A stretch of DNA of 41,235 bases from NCBI GenBank assembly GCA_964654465.1, contig CAZZIO010000049.1, forward strand, positions 1 through 41,235, written 5' to 3'. A program made the position numbers and the translations under genes. This document shows positions 39,291-41,235 of this stretch, in pieces (position 1 is the stretch's first letter; the number at the start of each line of letters is the position of its first letter). The notes under the pieces are model-generated. The model had not been told where the DNA came from, did no database searches, and saw only the letters and a program-made list of their open reading frames with translations. Source of the DNA: an uncultured Dictyoglomota bacterium. GTDB lineage: Bacteria > Dictyoglomota > Dictyoglomia > Dictyoglomales > Dictyoglomaceae.

Positions 39291-40769
39291 ATGAAAGAGA
39301 GAAGGTTTATTGCTATTGATCTTGGGGCAGAAAGCGGAAGAATTATGTTGGGAACCTTGAAGGATAATAGAATAACTCTTGAAGAGATTCATAGGTTTGT
39401 AAATAGGCCTGTTGATATTCTTGGGAGACTTTACTGGAATGTTACACAGATGTTTCAAGATATTAAAGAGGGTTTGAGTAAGGCTTTTTCTAAATATAAA
39501 GATATAGAAAGTATAGGGATAGATACATGGGGTGTAGATTTTGGATTGGTTACGAAGGAAGGTTATTTAGCAGGGATTCCTGTATGCTATAGGGATCATA
39601 GGACAGATGGGATTCTTGAAAAGGCTTTTAGAGTAATGTCTAAAGAAGAAATTTATAAATTGACAGGAATACAAATAATGCAAATTAATACCTTATTTCA
39701 ACTCTATAGTATGGTGCATGAAAAATCTTCTCTCTTTAATTCTGCTCATAAACTGTTATTTATGCCTGATCTATTTAATTTTATGTTGACGGGAGAGATG
39801 ATAACTGAGTTCTCTATTGCAACTACTTCTCAGATGTATAATCCTTTTAAAGATGATTGGGAAGAAGAAATCTTGAATAAATTTAATATTCCTAAGTACA
39901 TAATGCCCACTATAGTTCCTTCTGGTACAGAGATAGGTAAGTTATACAGAGGGATTCAAGAAGAATTAAATGTTAAGGATGTTTCTGTAATTGCCCCTTG
40001 TGAACATGATACGGGATGTGCTGTAGTGGGAGTTCCTGGAAAAGGTGAAGATTGGGCATATATTAGTTCAGGAACATGGTCATTGATGGGGGTTGAACTT
40101 AAAGAACCTATTATAAATGAAGAATCTTTTAAGGCAAATTTTACTAATGAAGGTGGTTATGGTAAGACTTATAGATTTTTGAAAAACATAATGGGACTTT
40201 GGCTTTTACAGAGAGTAAAAAGAGAATGGGCTAAAGAAGGGTGTGACCTATCATATTCTGAGATTACTAAATTGGCTGAAGAGGAAGAACCCTTTAAATA
40301 TTTTATAAACCCTGATGATGTATCGTTTTTAAATCCACCGAGCATGGTAAAAGCAATTCAAGATTATTGCTATAAAACCCATCAAGGTATACCTGAGAAA
40401 AAAGGAGAAATAGCAAGATGTATATTGGAATCTCTTGCTTTTAGGTATAAAGAGGTCTTTGATGATCTTGAGAGAATTTTAAAGAAGAAGATCAAAGTTT
40501 TACATATTGTGGGAGGAGGCTCACAAAACCAATTACTTTCACAATTTACTGCTGATGTTCTTGGTATACAAGTTATTACTGGACCTGTTGAAGCAACTTC
40601 TTTAGGGAATATAGTAGTACAAGCTATAACAAAGGGAGCAATAAAAGATATAAAAAAAGCAAGAGAAATTATTGAATCCTCTTCTGATATGAAAACTTAT
40701 TATCCAAAGGATACTGAGAAATGGCAAAAAATGTATGAGAGATATAAGGAGATTACAAATATAATTTAA
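39291..40769 (+). CDS. rhaB: Rhamnulokinase (FGGY family; possibly also fuculokinase)
   Basis: AIDLGAESGR, IGIDTWGVDF, YRD.RT, HDT..AV, SSGTWSL.G.E, TNEGG, KNIMGLW; ATG at 39291 follows SD GAGGTG. Confidence 0.92.
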   Translation: MKERRFIAIDLGAESGRIMLGTLKDNRITLEEIHRFVNRPVDILGRLYWNVTQMFQDIKEGLSKAFSKYKDIESIGIDTWGVDFGLVTKEGYLAGIPVCYRDHRTDGILEKAFRVMSKEEIYKLTGIQIMQINTLFQLYSMVHEKSSLFNSAHKLLFMPDLFNFMLTGEMITEFSIATTSQMYNPFKDDWEEEILNKFNIPKYIMPTIVPSGTEIGKLYRGIQEELNVKDVSVIAPCEHDTGCAVVGVPGKGEDWAYISSGTWSLMGVELKEPIINEESFKANFTNEGGYGKTYRFLKNIMGLWLLQRVKREWAKEGCDLSYSEITKLAEEEEPFKYFINPDDVSFLNPPSMVKAIQDYCYKTHQGIPEKKGEIARCILESLAFRYKEVFDDLERILKKKIKVLHIVGGGSQNQLLSQFTADVLGIQVITGPVEATSLGNIVVQAITKGAIKDIKKAREIIESSSDMKTYYPKDTEKWQKMYERYKEITNII

Positions 40770-40852
40770 GAAACCTTTTTCTTTTAGATTGAAATCCCTC
40801 TCAAAAAGATATAAAATAAAATATAATAATTTTAAGTTGGGAGGGATAAATT

Positions 40853-41235
40853 ATGGAAAAATTGAAGGAACTTTTACAAGAAGCCGACTGGACAAGAGAA
40901 AAACATGTTCCTGTGATAGATATACTTGAAAAGGATAGAGAAAAAGGGGTTAAAGTAAGGGTTTCTGTAGGAAAAGAGATTCCACATCCCAATACATCTT
41001 CTCATTTTATTGCTTGGATTGAAGTATATTTCTTGCCAGAGGGAGAGAAGTATCCATATCAGCTTGGAAGATTTGAATTTACATCTCATGGGGCATCCAC
41101 ACAGGGTCCAGATACAAGTACTGTTTACACAGATCCAATAGTAGAATTTGTTTTTAAGACTCAAAAAGATGGAAAGATTTTTGCTTTATCCTATTGTAAT
41201 ATTCACGGACTTTGGGAGGGTTCTGCAGAATTAAA
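40853..41235 (+). CDS. Superoxide reductase (neelaredoxin, 1Fe-SOR), 3'-truncated by the window; absent from the ORF track
   Basis: Translation MEKLKELLQEADWTREKHVPVI...EIPHPNTSSHFIAWIE...SYCNIHGLWE carries the EKHVP, HP...H and CNIHG iron ligands; SD GGAGGG. Confidence 0.92.
   Translation, partial: MEKLKELLQEADWTREKHVPVIDILEKDREKGVKVRVSVGKEIPHPNTSSHFIAWIEVYFLPEGEKYPYQLGRFEFTSHGASTQGPDTSTVYTDPIVEFVFKTQKDGKIFALSYCNIHGLWEGSAEL

Noticed and set aside
40801-41164. Two minus-strand ORFs at the right edge
   Set aside because: Antisense to the superoxide reductase gene starting at 40853, which the ORF track missed because it has no stop codon in the window.

Overview
AT-rich bacterial chromosome segment, probably from a thermophilic, saccharolytic anaerobe; the gene content resembles Dictyoglomus or Thermotoga, but that is inference only. 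The left ~12 kb is mostly housekeeping: the tail of a GH3 glycosidase, a secreted esterase, a TusA-YeeE-DsrEFH sulfur-relay operon ending in lpdA, Clp1-like kinase/rsfS/LCP, an RRM protein with a long structured leader, an FAH-family enzyme, and fabI/FabX-like/bcp. From ~11.7 to 40.8 kb is a large L-fucose/L-rhamnose utilisation region with DeoR and LacI regulators, fucI, three sugar ABC systems, an ASRT-family protein, a GH4 glycosidase, rhaI and rhaB. A superoxide reductase gene runs off the right edge. The most interesting element is the separately promoted operon at 25287-32377: fused ThDP E1 alpha/beta, free lipoyl domain, stand-alone E2 core, SorE-like reductase, SrlD-like dehydrogenase, TIM-barrel epimerase and class II aldolase. 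Read stereochemically, it suggests a 6-deoxyhexose pathway I do not recognise as described: fuculose-1-P -> 6-deoxy-L-sorbose-1-P -> 1-deoxy-D-glucitol-6-P -> 1-deoxy-D-fructose-6-P -> acetyl-CoA + D-erythrose-4-P, bypassing lactaldehyde. All family calls come from motif recognition; no database searches were run. No rRNA, tRNA, CRISPR array or mobile element was seen.
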